The notes under the pieces: generated by a model
What the model was told of the DNA's origin: nothing
The model's database searches: none
What the model saw: the letters and a program-made list of their open reading frames with translations, nothing else
From: Paraspadella gotoi
Lineage: Eukaryota > Animalia > Chaetognatha
Length of the DNA stretch: 64,000 nucleotides
Assembly (NCBI GenBank): GCA_051294375.1
Contig: CM119267.1
Span: 2,223,869-2,287,868 of the forward strand
Direction of reading: 5' to 3'
Position numbers and translations under genes: made by a program
Shown here: positions 13,554 to 25,700 of the stretch, piece after piece
Layout: each line of letters starts with the position of its first letter
How positions within the stretch are numbered: position 1 is the first letter of the stretch

Positions 13554-13830
13554 TGTCCCCTGCCAGCCATGCTTTTTTTCTTCGCCTTCGCCTTCTATGT
13601 CCCTCCTTGGAGGGAGACATTGTCCCTGCCAACCATGTTTCTGCCTCACCCACAATGCTCGCCATGTCTGCTGCTAGCCATGCTTCTTCTTTACCCGCAT
13701 CTCCCGCCATGTCCCCTGCCAGCCCTGCTTTTTGCTTATCCGTAACTCCCCCCCATGTCCCCTGCCATCAATGCTTTTTCCTTACACGAAATGCCAGCCA
13801 TGTCCCCTGCCAGCCATGCTTTTTCCTTAC

Positions 13831-13945
13831 CCGCAATGCCAGCCATGGCTCCGGCTCCTTCCATTGCGGTCAGAGGTTTTCCTCGATCCATCGTCGCAGT
13901 CGTCCATCTCTGCATCGGGTGGTAGGCCAATTCCGAGGGGGGGAT
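13831..13945 (-). CDS. IgSF receptor exon 12 (cytoplasmic): IPPSELAYHPMQRWTTATMDRGKPLTAMEGAGAMAGIA
   Basis: Acceptor ctctccccccag|ATC, donor G|GTAAGG. 115 nt, phase 0 to 1, fits both neighbours. Confidence 0.75.
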
Positions 13946-14779
13946 CTGGGGGGAGAGAGGGAGGGAGGAGAGAGAGAAGAAGGAGGGTGAGAGGAAGAGA
14001 GGGAGGAAGAGAGAGAGGGAGACAGGGAGGAGAGGGAGTGAGAGAGGGAGAAGGAAATTATACAAATATCCATTGCGTGATCGGATTGCTCGTTTGAATT
14101 GGACAGAAAGCAAAAGCCGTGTAAAATTGATTTTTTTTTGGGTATTCATTAAACTAAATACGTAGTTATCGATAATAACTTCCGCGTTTAATATAAAAAA
14201 CTCTGACGATCAGTCGCTGTCAGATTCACCGGTTCATCTGAAAGCAAAACTTGGATTTAAAATCGAATAATTATCCTCATAAACTTGACAGTGCCTGAAT
14301 ACCGACCGAGCCCTCGTTGTCGATTGAAAAAAAAAAAACTTGGTTCAATTAATTCCAAACTATTAACAATTTTCAGTCTGGTTAAAAAATCGTAAAATCT
14401 TTTGTGATACGAAATAAAATGAAAAAAAGCGTCACAGATAGATATATATTATATATATATATATATAAGTCAGATTTCTTCACTATTTTCTCCCCAGCGG
14501 CGATTCGAAATCCTTTTTTTAAAAATTCACGAACGTTCTCGCCTAAGGCTTAGGTTTAAATTCAGGCTAAAATTTTTTTCTCTTTCACTAATTATTTTTT
14601 TTGTTTTTTTTCTCTCATTTTTCGTTTGATTTTTAATTCTTTTGAAGTTTATTTTCGTATAATTATAGACATAGTTCGTATTTTTTAATTTTTTATTTAT
14701 TTATTTTTTTTTATTCACAATCCAACTCGAAACGATTCTGACGATTTGCATATCATAGGCGACGTCGTGGGAAACGATT

Positions 14780-16200
14780 GGGGGGGGACTCGGAAGTGGG
14801 AAGCAATGGGGGGAAGGGAAGGGAGAAGGAAGGGGAAGGGAAGGGGAGAATCGATGGGGGGAAGGGAAGGGGGGAAGGGAAGGGGAGAAGAAAAGGGGGG
14901 AAGGGATGGGGCGAAGGGAAGGGAGAAGGAAAGGGGGGAAGGGAAGGGGAGAAGCGATGGCGGGAAGGGAAGGGAAGAGCGGGAAGGGAACGGGACAAGG
15001 AAAGGGGGGAAGGGAAGGGGAGAAGCGATTGTGGGAAGGGAAGGGGGAAGGGAAGGGGAGAAGGAAAGGGGAGAAGGGATGGGGGGCGAAGGGAAGGGAG
15101 AAGCGATGGGGAAGGGAAGAGTGGGAAGGGAACGGGAGAAGGAAAGGGGGGAAGGGATGGGGCGAAGGGAAGGGGAGAAGCGATGGGGAGGGAAGAAGAA
15201 GGAAGGGAACGGGAGAAGCGAAAGAGGGGAAGGAAGGGGAAGGAAGGGGGAAGGAAGGGGAGAACGATGGGGGGAAGGAAGGAAGAAGAGAAGGTGAAGG
15301 GGAAGGAAGGGGAGAAGGAAAGGGCGGAAGGAAGGGGAGAAGCGATTGTGGAAAGGAAGGGGGAAGGAAGGGGAGAAGAAAAGGGGGGAAGGGATGGGCG
15401 AAGGAAGGGAGAGAGCGTGGGGGTAAGGAAGAGGGGAAGGGAACGGAGAAGGAAAGGGGGGAATGGAAGGGAGAAGGAAAGAGGAGAAGGGATGGGGGCA
15501 AAGGGAGAGAGAAGCGATGGGGGAAGGAGGGAAGGGAACGGGAGAAGGAAGGGGGAAGGGAAGGGGAGAAGCGATGGGGGAAGGGAAGAGGGGAAGGGAA
15601 CGGAGATAGGAAAGGGGAAGGGAAGGGGGAGAAGCGATGGTGGGAAGGGAAGAGGGGAAGGGTACGGGAGAAGAAAAGGGGGAAGGATGGGGGCGAAGGA
15701 AGGGAGAAGCGATGGGGGGAAGGGAAGAGGGAAGGGAACGGGCAGAAGGAAGGGGGGAAGGGAAGAGGAGAAGCGATGCGGGAAGAAGAAGGGGAAGGAA
15801 TGGGGGATAGGAATAGGGGAGTAGGGAAGGGAGAAGCAATTGGCGGGAAGGTGAAGAGGGAGGAACGGGAGAAGGAAAGGGGGAAGGAAGGGGAGAAGCT
15901 GATGGGGGGAAGGGAAGGGGGAAGGGAACGGAGAAGGAAGGGGGGAAGGGAAGGGGAGAAGCGATGGGGAAGGGAAGAGGGAAGGGAACTGGAGAAGGAA
16001 AGGGGGAAGGGAAGGGGAGAAGCGATGGGGGAAGGGAAGGGGAAGGGAACGGAAGAAGGAAAGGGGGGGAAGGGAAGGGAGAAGCGATGGGGGGAAGGGA
16101 AGAGGGGAAGGGAACGGGAGAGAGGAAAGTGGGAAGGGAAGGGGAGAAGTCGATGGTGGGGAAAGCGGGAAAGAGGGAAGTGGATGGGAGGGGGTGGGTA
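14780..16200. repeat. Polypurine GGGAA-rich minisatellite (~60-bp degenerate unit containing GGAGAAGCGATGGGG)
   Basis: About 1.4 kb nearly all G/A on +, mirrored at ~28570-29920. Source of the spurious 300-540 aa ORFs. Confidence 0.9.
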
Positions 16201-16489
16201 AGCCAAGAGGGAGGCCAGCGGGGCGGCGGCGGGGGGGGGAGAGGCTCCGTTCCGCTCTCTTCGGTGACGAGCGGCGTGGGCAGAATATCGTTTTATCACA
16301 AAGCAATTGACGTCGTTCACTGAATTCACTGACAGGAAAAACGCAAGTGTGAAAATTTCGTTTTGTCCAAAGATAATTATATAAACAAAACTTTTGCGTA
16401 TGTTTGTCAGGATTATAGTAATGCTTGCCCGAATCTCAGAAATTCATTAATAAACTATCCTTTGTAATTTCTAATTCAGATTCTCCCAT

Positions 16490-16745
16490 ATTCCATTCTC
16501 TTTTCCTCCAGCCCTACCTTTCGTCTTCCCCATCAAATTTCATTCTCTTTTTCTCCAGCCCTACCTTTCCTCTTCCCCATCAAATTCCATTTTCTTTTCT
16601 CCAGCCCTTCCTTTCCTCCTCCCCATCAGATTCCATTTTCTTTTCTCCAGCCCTACCTTTCCTCCTCCCCATCAAATTTCATTCTCTTTTTCTCCAGCCC
16701 TACCTTTCGTCTTCCCCATCAAATTCCATTCTCTTTTCCCCAGTA
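16490..16745. repeat. About 45-bp intronic tandem repeat (CTCCAGCCCTACCTTTCCTCCTCCCCATCAAATTCCATTCTCTTTT)
   Basis: About 5 copies just downstream of the exon 11 donor. Confidence 0.85.
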
Positions 16746-16771
16746 CATCTCATCTCTCTCCAAGCTCTCAC

Positions 16772-16981
16772 CTCCATCGCGGCCAATTCTTCCTCCGCTG
16801 CTTGATAGACTGATTGGTCGCCGGCGTTCTCCGCCTTCTGCTTGTCCGCCTTGTAGAGAGTGGCCACCATTGTGGAGGCCTTGTGGGCGTAAGGCCAGGC
16901 GCCGCTCACGCCGACCACGTCTTCACCACAAGCGCCCTCTTGACGAAGTCGCTCGAGCGTCCGTTGTTTTTGACGCGAAAC
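16772..16981 (-). CDS. IgSF receptor exon 11 (juxtamembrane cytoplasmic): VSRQKQRTLERLRQEG…SVYQAAEEELAAME
   Basis: Acceptor taatttcag|GTT, donor GAG|GTGAGA. 210 nt (70 codons), phase 0 to 0. The other two frames have stops. Confidence 0.85.
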
Positions 16982-17169
16982 CTGAAATTAATTAAGAGAG
17001 ATGAGATTATCTAATTTCTCTTTCTCTTTAAAATATAATTTTAAATATTTATCAATCATAACGAAAGAAATGCTGTCAATGGTACTAAAATTTGACGTAT
17101 ATAAAGCAATGGAATTCATTTGATATGAAAATTGTGAAATCCATCTAGTATCTATTATCAGATCTGGTC

Positions 17170-17540
17170 AACTCATCTCATAACTCATCTCATCCTAATC
17201 TCACCTCAACTAAATCTAATCTCCGCTCGTCTCGACCTCATCTAAACTCAACCTCAACTCAACTCAACTCAACTCAACTCGACCTCAACTAAACCTCATC
17301 TCATCACAACTTCAACCTGATCTCAACCTCATCTCAACTCAACTTGACCTCAACAAAACCTCATCCTCATCTGAACTTAAACCTGATCTCAACCTCATCT
17401 CATCTCAACTTCAACTAAACCTCATCTCATCTCAACTTCATCCTCATCTCAACTTCATCCTCATCTCAACCTCATCTCATATTCAACTAAACCTCATCTC
17501 ATCTCAACTTCATCCTCATCTCAACCTCATCTCATCCTCA
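17170..17540. repeat. (CTCAT/CTCAA)n pentamer repeat
   Basis: Visible 5-bp periodicity abutting the TM-exon donor, mirrored at ~27225-27600. Confidence 0.85.
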
Positions 17541-17541
17541 C

Positions 17542-17705
17542 CTGACGCCTCCGAATGACGTAGACGACGACGACGGAGAGGAGGACGAGGAAGAGGAGGA
17601 AGAGGAGGACGAGAACGACGACGCCGCCGTGGGAGGAAAGCCAAGCGGCGTCGGCGTCGAAGTCGTCGCCGCCAACGAATGTGGAGACGAGGCGGNNNNN
17701 NNNNN
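17542..17705 (-). CDS. IgSF receptor exon 10: transmembrane helix (…DADAAWLSSHGGVVVLVLLFLLFLVLLSVVVVYVIRRRQ)
   Basis: 23-residue hydrophobic run followed by RRR, donor CAG|GTGAGG in phase 0. The 5' end lies in an N gap; acceptor ccacacag|TC is taken from the mirror copy at ~27041. Confidence 0.85.
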
Positions 17706-19057
17706 NNNNNNNNNNGGGAGGAAGTGTGGGAGGGAAGAGTAGGGGGTGGGTGTAAAGTTATTTTTGAAAGAGTAATTAGGAAATATTAAAATATTTCAAA
17801 TTCAAAAATTCAATTTAAAATTTAAATTAAAAATTAAAATTAAAAAAGCAAAATTTAAATTTAAAATAAAAAAATGTAAAAATTTAAACATTTCAAAATT
17901 TTAATTGAAAAATTTAAAACTAAAGAAAATTTAATTTAATATAAACTGTTTATTCTAGATGCTTAGCCTAGTTCGATTTAATTCTGTCAATTATTTTAAA
18001 TTGTATTTATTGTTGTCAATGGAAAAAAAAAACTATTCTCTGCAGATTTTTAAAAGTTGCAAACAAGTTGCAAACAGTTATTACTTTTATTGATAAATTT
18101 TTGTGAAAGAAAATAAAAAAAATAGTTACAGACAAACGGACAGACAAACCAGCGAATTTCAAGATCGAGAAGTGAACATCATTCACTTCTCTTCTCGGAC
18201 CCATTATGACCATTTTGACCCTTCGACGCTTTATGGTCCTTTTGACCCGCGAACGGATTCTGTCCCTTCATGACCCTCAGACGGATTATGACCCTTTTAT
18301 TTCCCTCAAACGGATTTGGATCATTTACCGCGTTGTGACTTGTCATCGTTACGAGCGAAATGAAGCCTGGAAACTTGACGGGGTTCACATTTGCAGAATA
18401 ATTATAATCTTTTGGGGCAGAATAATTATAATGCCATTTCGATAAAACAAAAGCCTACTAAGAATTAAATTAGTTACAATAAGTACGTTATATCATCGCA
18501 GGAATGACTCAATATAAATCACAAACTTGAAAGAATCGTTGAAAAAAACGTTTTATATTTTCAATTTCATCGCCTCAACAAAAGAGCAAATTTATTTTTC
18601 AGGGTCGACACGGAAAGAGAGAAAAAGAGACGAGAAAAGGAAAGAAAAGAATTGAGTTTTCCAAAGGAAAACTGTTACTTTTCTCGCCCCATTAACTTCC
18701 TATGACGCGAAAAGGGTAGCAATTTTAAATCGATGAATATTTTAGTAGGAAACTCGTTACAAATTTTTTAAAAAAATTTACCTTTTTTTTTTTCCGACTT
18801 TTTAAAAAAGTCTCCCATTTCAAAGGCACTCTCAATTTTAAAGCCTCTCTCCCTTTTGTGCCAAATGTAGGTGGCGAATGTCAAGTGAAATATCAGATTT
18901 TTTAACCACATTACTTGCTGCACAAACCTCAAGACCTCATCTACCGGTCAACTTCATTACTTGCCGCACAAACCTGCAGCAAGACCTCTTCCTGTCAACC
19001 TAATTACTTGCCGCACAAACCTGCAGCAAGACCTCATCCACCTGTCAACCTCATTAC

Positions 19058-19241
19058 TTGCCGCACAAACCTGCAGCAAGATGTTCTTAGCGATGACGCT
19101 CTCTCCGCTTCTGATCTTAAGGGTGAGCGTTTCCTCCAGCGCTTCGTCCGCGAAGAGAAAGGGCGGGATGGCCAAGGACACGACCATCTTTCCGCTGTAG
19201 TTGACGACACGCTGCTCTTTGGAGAATCGATTCACGTGAAC
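19058..19241 (-). CDS. IgSF receptor exon 9: second half of Ig domain 4 (VHVNRFSKEQRVVNYSGKMVVSLAIPP…LTLKIRSGESVIAKNILLQVCAA)
   Basis: Acceptor ctccccag|GTT, donor A|GTAATG. 184 nt, phase 0 to 1, alternating beta-strand pattern. An alternative donor CAG|GTTTGT is possible. Confidence 0.8.
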
Positions 19242-19553
19242 CTGGGGAGGTTAGTGGAGGGATAGAGGCGGGATAGAGGAGGGATAGAGTGATGAAGGAA
19301 GAAATAGAGGAGAGAGAGGAATGATAGAGAAGGGACAAGAAGAGATTTATTTATTTAAATCATTCTCAAAACTTTAAGAGAATATTTGCATTTCGATAAA
19401 AATTCAGAAAATTACAATATAATTTTGTAAAATCCTTTCTAACGTTTTCATATGAGGAAATTATAAAATAAGGTTAACAGAGAAAGGACTTAAAAAGATT
19501 TTTAAAAAACTTACAGAGCTCTGCAATATGCAAATGAGATTAAATAGACGCAC

Positions 19554-19636
19554 CTTGTATCCGCGAGAGAATTCCCAGGTGATGTTTGACTCGGGAACTG
19601 GAGGATTGGCGATGACGGAACAAGTCACGTTGAAGG
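19554..19636 (-). CDS. IgSF receptor exon 8: Ig4 B-C strands (FNVTCSVIANPPVPESNITWEFSRGYK)
   Basis: Classic Ig C…ANP…W motif. Acceptor ccacatcag|CC, donor AAG|GTGCGT. 83 nt, phase 1 to 0. Confidence 0.9.
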
Positions 19637-21549
19637 CTGATGTGGAAGGGGGGCGAGTGAAGTGGTGAAGCTCGTTGCTCTTTTATTGACACTTTTTGTA
19701 TTGCATTTAATGCTTAATCATTCATGCAATCATTCATAATTGCCTTTATTTATTTAATTACTATTTTACAGTAGAATTAACTTGGAAAAAAAATTCATTT
19801 AACTCTCGACGTGTAAAAGGACATATATTGTCAAAGAGAAGAAAAAAAAATATCAGAGTTAAACTTGAGCTAAGAAGATAAAACGTAAACATCAAAAAAC
19901 TTATAAGAAAAGGAAGAGATAGAAAAAAAAAGAAAGAAATTGTCTATCCTTGTCTGTCATCGACGCGAAACGAATTCTCGAGATTTCAAGGTTGAAATCT
20001 CGTCGAGTTTCAAGGTTTTTCCTTTTACTCCTTCGATGGAATCCCCGATAATGCCGTCTTAGCGCGATTCACTATTGAGTCGAGGAAGTATCACTTTATT
20101 TTTTTTTTTAAATATTTTTTTTCAAATTTAAAAGACGAAAGATAAGATATTATTTACCAACTATCAATATCATTTTACTTCTAAAACAATTATTTATGCG
20201 CTTCACACACGTGGATACTGGATTTTATTTTTTCAAATAGATTTGTTCAAGATTCGTTCCCTTTGCTTGAAAAGAAAAGGAAGTCAGGCTCTCAATTTTA
20301 CATAAAAATATTAAATATTCTTCGGTCTTAAGGCCAGGGATCACTCAATCTAAAATTGTATATATCTTATTTTTTTTTTGTTTTTTTTTTTTAAAAAACT
20401 GTATCTTAATCATTTTCTCATATCTTGTAAGAGGTTTTCTATTGAAAATAATCGAAAAACTTTTAAAAATCTACATAAAATGTTCATAAAATTTAAACCT
20501 AATTTTTTCTTCAGTAAAACTAGATTTTCAAGAGAAAAATAATTTTTTATATGTAAGTAAAATTTCTACAACTAAATTTTTAACTTAAAACTGATTCTTT
20601 ACAGTAAGCTCAATTTCCTACTTCTTATATTTAATTCTTCCTTTGGTAAAAGTAAATACATGGAGTTGTATCACTAATAAGTCTAAAATAAACTACTACA
20701 CATTTTCCAGACGGGTTTTTATACTTTTATGAGTTTTATGAGTTGAAAAACTTATCGAATTTATTTCAATTTGACTTTTTACTTTATGTAAATGTTTAAT
20801 GAGTTTAATGAGTACAGAATTTAACTTTCTTGACGAAGTGAAGTTAACCGAAGAGTTGCAGCTCAAACCGTTGGACTCTTCTTGAAGAAAAAAATATCTT
20901 GGGCAAGAAAGGAAAGGTGGGGGAAAATTTCTATGAGCGGGCTTTTTTTTGAAAAAATGTTTTTTGTTTCAATTATATCAAGGAATTAATCCCAAACATG
21001 ATTAAAATAATCAAATTTTATATGAAGGAAGGCAAATTTTGAAAGTATCTTTTCAATAGATTGGAGTTCGTGACCTAAAGGTATTCATGCCATATTTCAT
21101 GAGAAACGCCGCCTTACCGTTTGGGCTGCAACTCTTCAAATAGGTTTCTTTTATTTTATATAGTACAAAAAAAAAATGAAAAACGATGACGCCTTTGAAA
21201 AATAGTAAAGTGAATACATTTTCGGAATCGTCAGGAGCTCTTCTTTCGAAATCCGAGATCGGGATTTTCAGCCTAAATTATAATTTGAATTGAGTGATCC
21301 CGGACCTTAAGAGATATAAAAATTTAGATAAAACATTAAACAACCCGGCAACTAAATAGTTTTAACTAACTAGTCACTAATTAATTTAAAAAACTTAATA
21401 GTTACGGTTAAAATCGTATTTGCTCAAATTGTTTGCTGTAATTTAACTATTAAGTTTTTTTTGCAATTAACCCCATTTCTCACGCTGTACCAGCCATAGC
21501 GACGATTTTGACCACACATTATTCACAGTCCACAACACACACAACTCAC

Positions 21550-21682
21550 CAACGCCCCTCTCCTGAGCGGCGACTGTGGGCAGAATCCTCAAGGTAGGGC
21601 AGTCGACGCGCGGTTTGACGAGAAGTCGCAGAGTCAACCTCTTGGAGGCGACGCCGGAATGGCCCGTCACGCGGAGCCACAC
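21550..21682 (-). CDS. IgSF receptor exon 7: Ig3 F-G strands and start of Ig4 (VWLRVTGHSGVASKRLTLRLLVKPRVDCPTLRILPTVAAQERGV)
   Basis: Acceptor ttcatcag|GTG, donor G|GTGAGT. 133 nt, phase 0 to 1. Confidence 0.85.
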
Positions 21683-22154
21683 CTGATGAACCGGGAAAAG
21701 TTATTAAGAAAACAATCAAACGAAGTCGCAAGGATGTCCCGCGCTGTCCCGGCTGCCGGGCTGCCGGGATGCCCTCGACACTGGCTTCCCGGTTTCCCTG
21801 TCTGCCGAGCTGCCCTGTCTGCCGATCTGCCCTGTCTGCCCCACCTGTCGTTTCTCTTTTCTACTCGTCCACATTATAAATATCATTTTTTGACAAAAAT
21901 TTTTTGAAAAAAAAACCCAAATCGGACCACAACCACAAAAACCACCACAACCTCTCCCCCCCTTTTTCTCCACAACCCTCCCCCCTAACCCCTTTCTCCA
22001 CCCCCTCGGCCCCCACCCCTTCTACCGTCTTCTCCGGTTCCCCGGCCGAGAGGTAATTCTTGGAAAGCGGAAAGACGACGTGGACTCCGTAAGGAATTTC
22101 CTTGAGAAATTGGACTTTGTCTCGATCGTNNNNNNNNNNNNNNNNNNNNNNNNN

Positions 22155-22475
22155 GTTTATTTGTTGTTTTTTTGTTTTTTAGTGTTTGTTTGTTTTTTTT
22201 TGGTTTGTTTGTTCTTTTGTTCTTTGTTTTTGTTTGTTTTTTTAGTTTGTTTGTTTGTTTTTTTTTTTGTTGTTGTTTGTTTGTGTTGTTTTGTTGTTTA
22301 TTTGTTTGTTTTTTTGTTTGTTTTTGTTTATGTTTGTTGTTTTTATGTTTGTGTTTTGTTTGTTTTGTTTTGTTTGTTTTTTGTTTGTTTTGTTGTTTTG
22401 TTTGATTTGTTTGTTTGTTTGTTTTTGTTTGTTTTGTTTGTTTGTTTGTTTGGTTTGGCTTTGGTTGTTTTGTTG
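22155..22475. repeat. (GTTT/GTTTT)n microsatellite, complementary to the (AAAC)n tract at ~30565-30730
   Basis: Directly visible in the sequence. Probably the same intron tract shown twice in opposite orientation. Confidence 0.85.
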
Positions 22476-22517
22476 ATGACCGTCATAGATACAAACGAAT
22501 CCACCCTCCCCCCTCAG

Positions 22518-22709
22518 ACCCCCCTCCCAGGCACATCGCCGATGTGGACTCCCTCTACCTCGCCGTCAACGCCCCCACATCAAACGTCCCGACTCCCTCC
22601 AGCGACCGAGACGATCGAGACAAAGTCCAATTCTCAAGGAAATCCTTACGGAGTCCACGTCGTCTTTCCGCTTTCCAAAATACCTCTGCGGCCGGGAACC
22701 GAGAAGACG
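22518..22709 (+). CDS. IgSF receptor exon 6, complete only in the inverted copy (minus-strand partial copy 22026-22129): TPLPGTSPMWTPSTSPSTPPHQ…YGVHVVFPLSKIPLRPGTEKT
   Basis: Donor ACG|GTAGA in phase 0 joins exon 7. Acceptor ccctcag|ACC is chosen for phase; alternative AGs end at 22488 and ~22530. Confidence 0.7.
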
Positions 22710-25700
22710 GTAGACAAGGCGTGGGGCCGAGGGTGGAGAAAGGGTTAGGGGGAGGGTTGTGAGAAAAAGGGGGGAAGGTTGTGGGGTTTTTGTGGTTGTG
22801 GTCCGATTTGGGTTTTTTTTTCAAAAAATTTTTGTCAAAAAATGATATTATATAATGTGGACGAGTAGAAAGAGAAAACGACAGGTGGGGCAGACAGGGC
22901 AGAATCGGCAGACAGGGCATAGCTCGGCAGACAGGGAAACCGGGAAGCCAGTGTCGAGGGCATCCCGGCAAAGCCCGGCAGCCGGGACAGCGCGGGACAT
23001 CCTGCGACTTCGTTTGATTGTTTTCTTAATAACTTTTCCCGGTTCATCAGGTGTGGCTCCGCGTGACGGGCCATTCCGGCGTCGCCTCCAAGAGTTGACT
23101 CTGCGACTTCTCGTCAAACCGCGCGCGTCGACTGCCCTACCTTGAGGATTCCTGCCCACCAGTGCCCGCTCAGGAAGCGGCGTTGGTGAGTGTGTGTGTG
23201 TTGTGGACTCGTGAATAATGTGTGTCAAATCGTCGCTATGGCTGTACAGCGTGAGAAATGGGTTAATTGCAAAAAAACTTAATAGTTAAATTACAGCAAA
23301 CAATTTGAGCAAATACGATTTTAACCGTAACTATAAGTTTTTTTAAATTAATTAGTGACTAGTTAGTTAAAACTATTTAGCTTGCCGGGTTTTAATGTTT
23401 TATCTAAATTTATATCTACTTAAGGTCCGGGATCACTCACTTGAAATTATAATGAGGCTAAAACCGAGCTCGGATTTCGAAAGGAGAGCTCCTGACGATT
23501 CCGAAAATGTAATCACTTTACTATTTTTCAAAGGCGTCATCGTTTTTTTCGATTTTTTTTGTACTATATAAAATAAAAGAAACCTATTTGAAAGAGTTGC
23601 AGCCAAACGGTAAGGCGGTTTCTCATGAAATATGGCATGAATTACCTTTAGAGTCACGAACTCCAATTGCTATTGAAAAGATACTCAGAATTTGCCTTCC
23701 TTCATATAAACATTTGATTATTTTAATCATGTTTGGGATTAATTCCTTGATATATGAAACAAAAAACATTTTTTCAAAAAACCGCGCTCATAGAATTTCC
23801 CCACCTTTCCTTTCTTGCCCAAATATTTTTTCTTCAAGAAGAGTTCCAACGGTTTGAGCTGCAACTCTTCGTTTTTAACTTACGTTGTCAAGAAAGTTAA
23901 ATCTGTACTCATTAAACTCCATTAAACTTTACATAAAGTAAAAAGTCAAATTGAAATAATTCGATAAGTTTTCAACTCATAAAACTCAATAAAGTATAAA
24001 CAACCCGTCTGGAAATGTGTAGTAGTTTATCTAGACTTATTAGTGATACAACTCCATGTTTTTACTTTTACCAAAGGAAGAATTAAATATAAGAAGTAGA
24101 AATTGAGCTTACTGTAAAGAATCGTTTTAAGTTAAAATTTTAGTTGTAGAAATTTTACTTACATATAAAAAATTTATTTTCTCTTGAAAATCTAGTTTTA
24201 CTGAAGAAAAATTAGGTTAAATTTTATGAACATTTATGTAGATTTTTAAAAAGTTTCGGATTATTTTCAATAGAAAACCTCTTACAAGATATGAGAAATG
24301 ATTAAGATAACAGTAATTAAGATATAACAATTTTAGATGAAGTGATCCCTGGCCTTAAGACCGAAGAATATTTAATATTTTATGTAAAATTGAGAGCCCT
24401 GACTTCCTTTTCTTTTCAAGCAAAGGGAACGCGAATCTTAACAATCTATATGAAAAAATAAAAAATCCAGTATCCCACGTGTGTGAAGCGCATAATATTA
24501 ATGTTTTAGAAGTAAATGATATTGATAGTTGGTAAATAATATCTTATCTTTCGTCTTTTAAATTGAAAAAAAATATTTAAAAAAAAAAATAAGTATACTT
24601 CCTCGACTCATAGTGACATCGCGCTAAGACGGATTATCGGGATTCCATCGAAGGAGTAAAAGGAAAACCTTGAAACTCGACGAGATTTCAACTGAAATCT
24701 CGAGAAAATTCGTTTCGCGTCGATGACAGACAAGGATAGACAATTTCTTTCTTTTTTTTTCTATCCTTCTTTTTCTTATAAGTTTTTTGATGTTTACGTT
24801 TTATCTTCTAGCTCAAGTTTAACCTGATATTTTTTTTCTTCTCTTTGACAATATATGTCCTTTACACGTCGAGAGTTAAATGAATTTTTTTTTCCAAGTT
24901 TAATTCTACTGTACAAATAGTAATTAAATAAATAAAGGCAATATGAATGATTGCATGAATGATTAAGCATTAAATGCAATACAAAAAGTGTCAAATAAAG
25001 AGCAACGAGCTTCACCCACTTCACTCGCCCCCTTCCACATCCAGCTTCAACGTGACTTGTTCCGTCATCGCCAATCCTCCAGTCCCGAGTCAAACATCAC
25101 TGGGAATTCTCTCGCGAGAACAAGGTGCTCTATTTAATCTACATTGCATATTGCAGAGCTCTGTAAGTTTTTTAAAAATCTTTTTAAGTCTTTCTCTGTT
25201 AACCTTATTTTATAATTTCCTCATATGAAAACGTTATAGAAAGGATTTACAAATTATATGTAATTTCTGAAGTTTTATCGAAATGCAAATATTCTCTTAA
25301 AGTTTCGAGAATGATTTAAATAAATAAATCTCTTCTTGTCCTTCTCTATCATTCCTCTCTCTCCCTCTATTCTTCCTTCATCACTCTATCCCTCCTCTAT
25401 TCCCCCCTCTATCCCTCCACTAACCTCCCCAGGTTCACGCGAATCGATTCTCCAAAGAGCAGCGTGTCGTCAACTACAGCGGAAAGATGGTCGTGTCCTT
25501 GCATCGCGCCTTTCCTCTTCGCGGACGAAGCGCTGGAGGAAACGCTCACCCTTAAGATCAGAAAGCGGAGAGAGCGTCATCGCTAAAGAACATCTTGCTG
25601 CAGGTTGGTGCGGCAAGTAATGAGGCTTGACAGGTGATGAGGTCTTGCTGCAGTTTTGTGCGGCAAGTAATTAGGTTGACAGGAAGAAGGTCTTTGCTGC

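Noticed and set aside
14701-16329. Overlapping 340-540 aa Pro/Phe/Ser- and Gly/Arg/Lys-rich ORFs (mirrored at 28454-29995)
   Set aside because: Open in several frames on both strands only because the GGGAA minisatellite lacks stop codons.
22080-22476. Multi-pass membrane-protein-like ORFs rich in F/V/L/C
   Set aside because: Translation of the (GTTT)n microsatellite.
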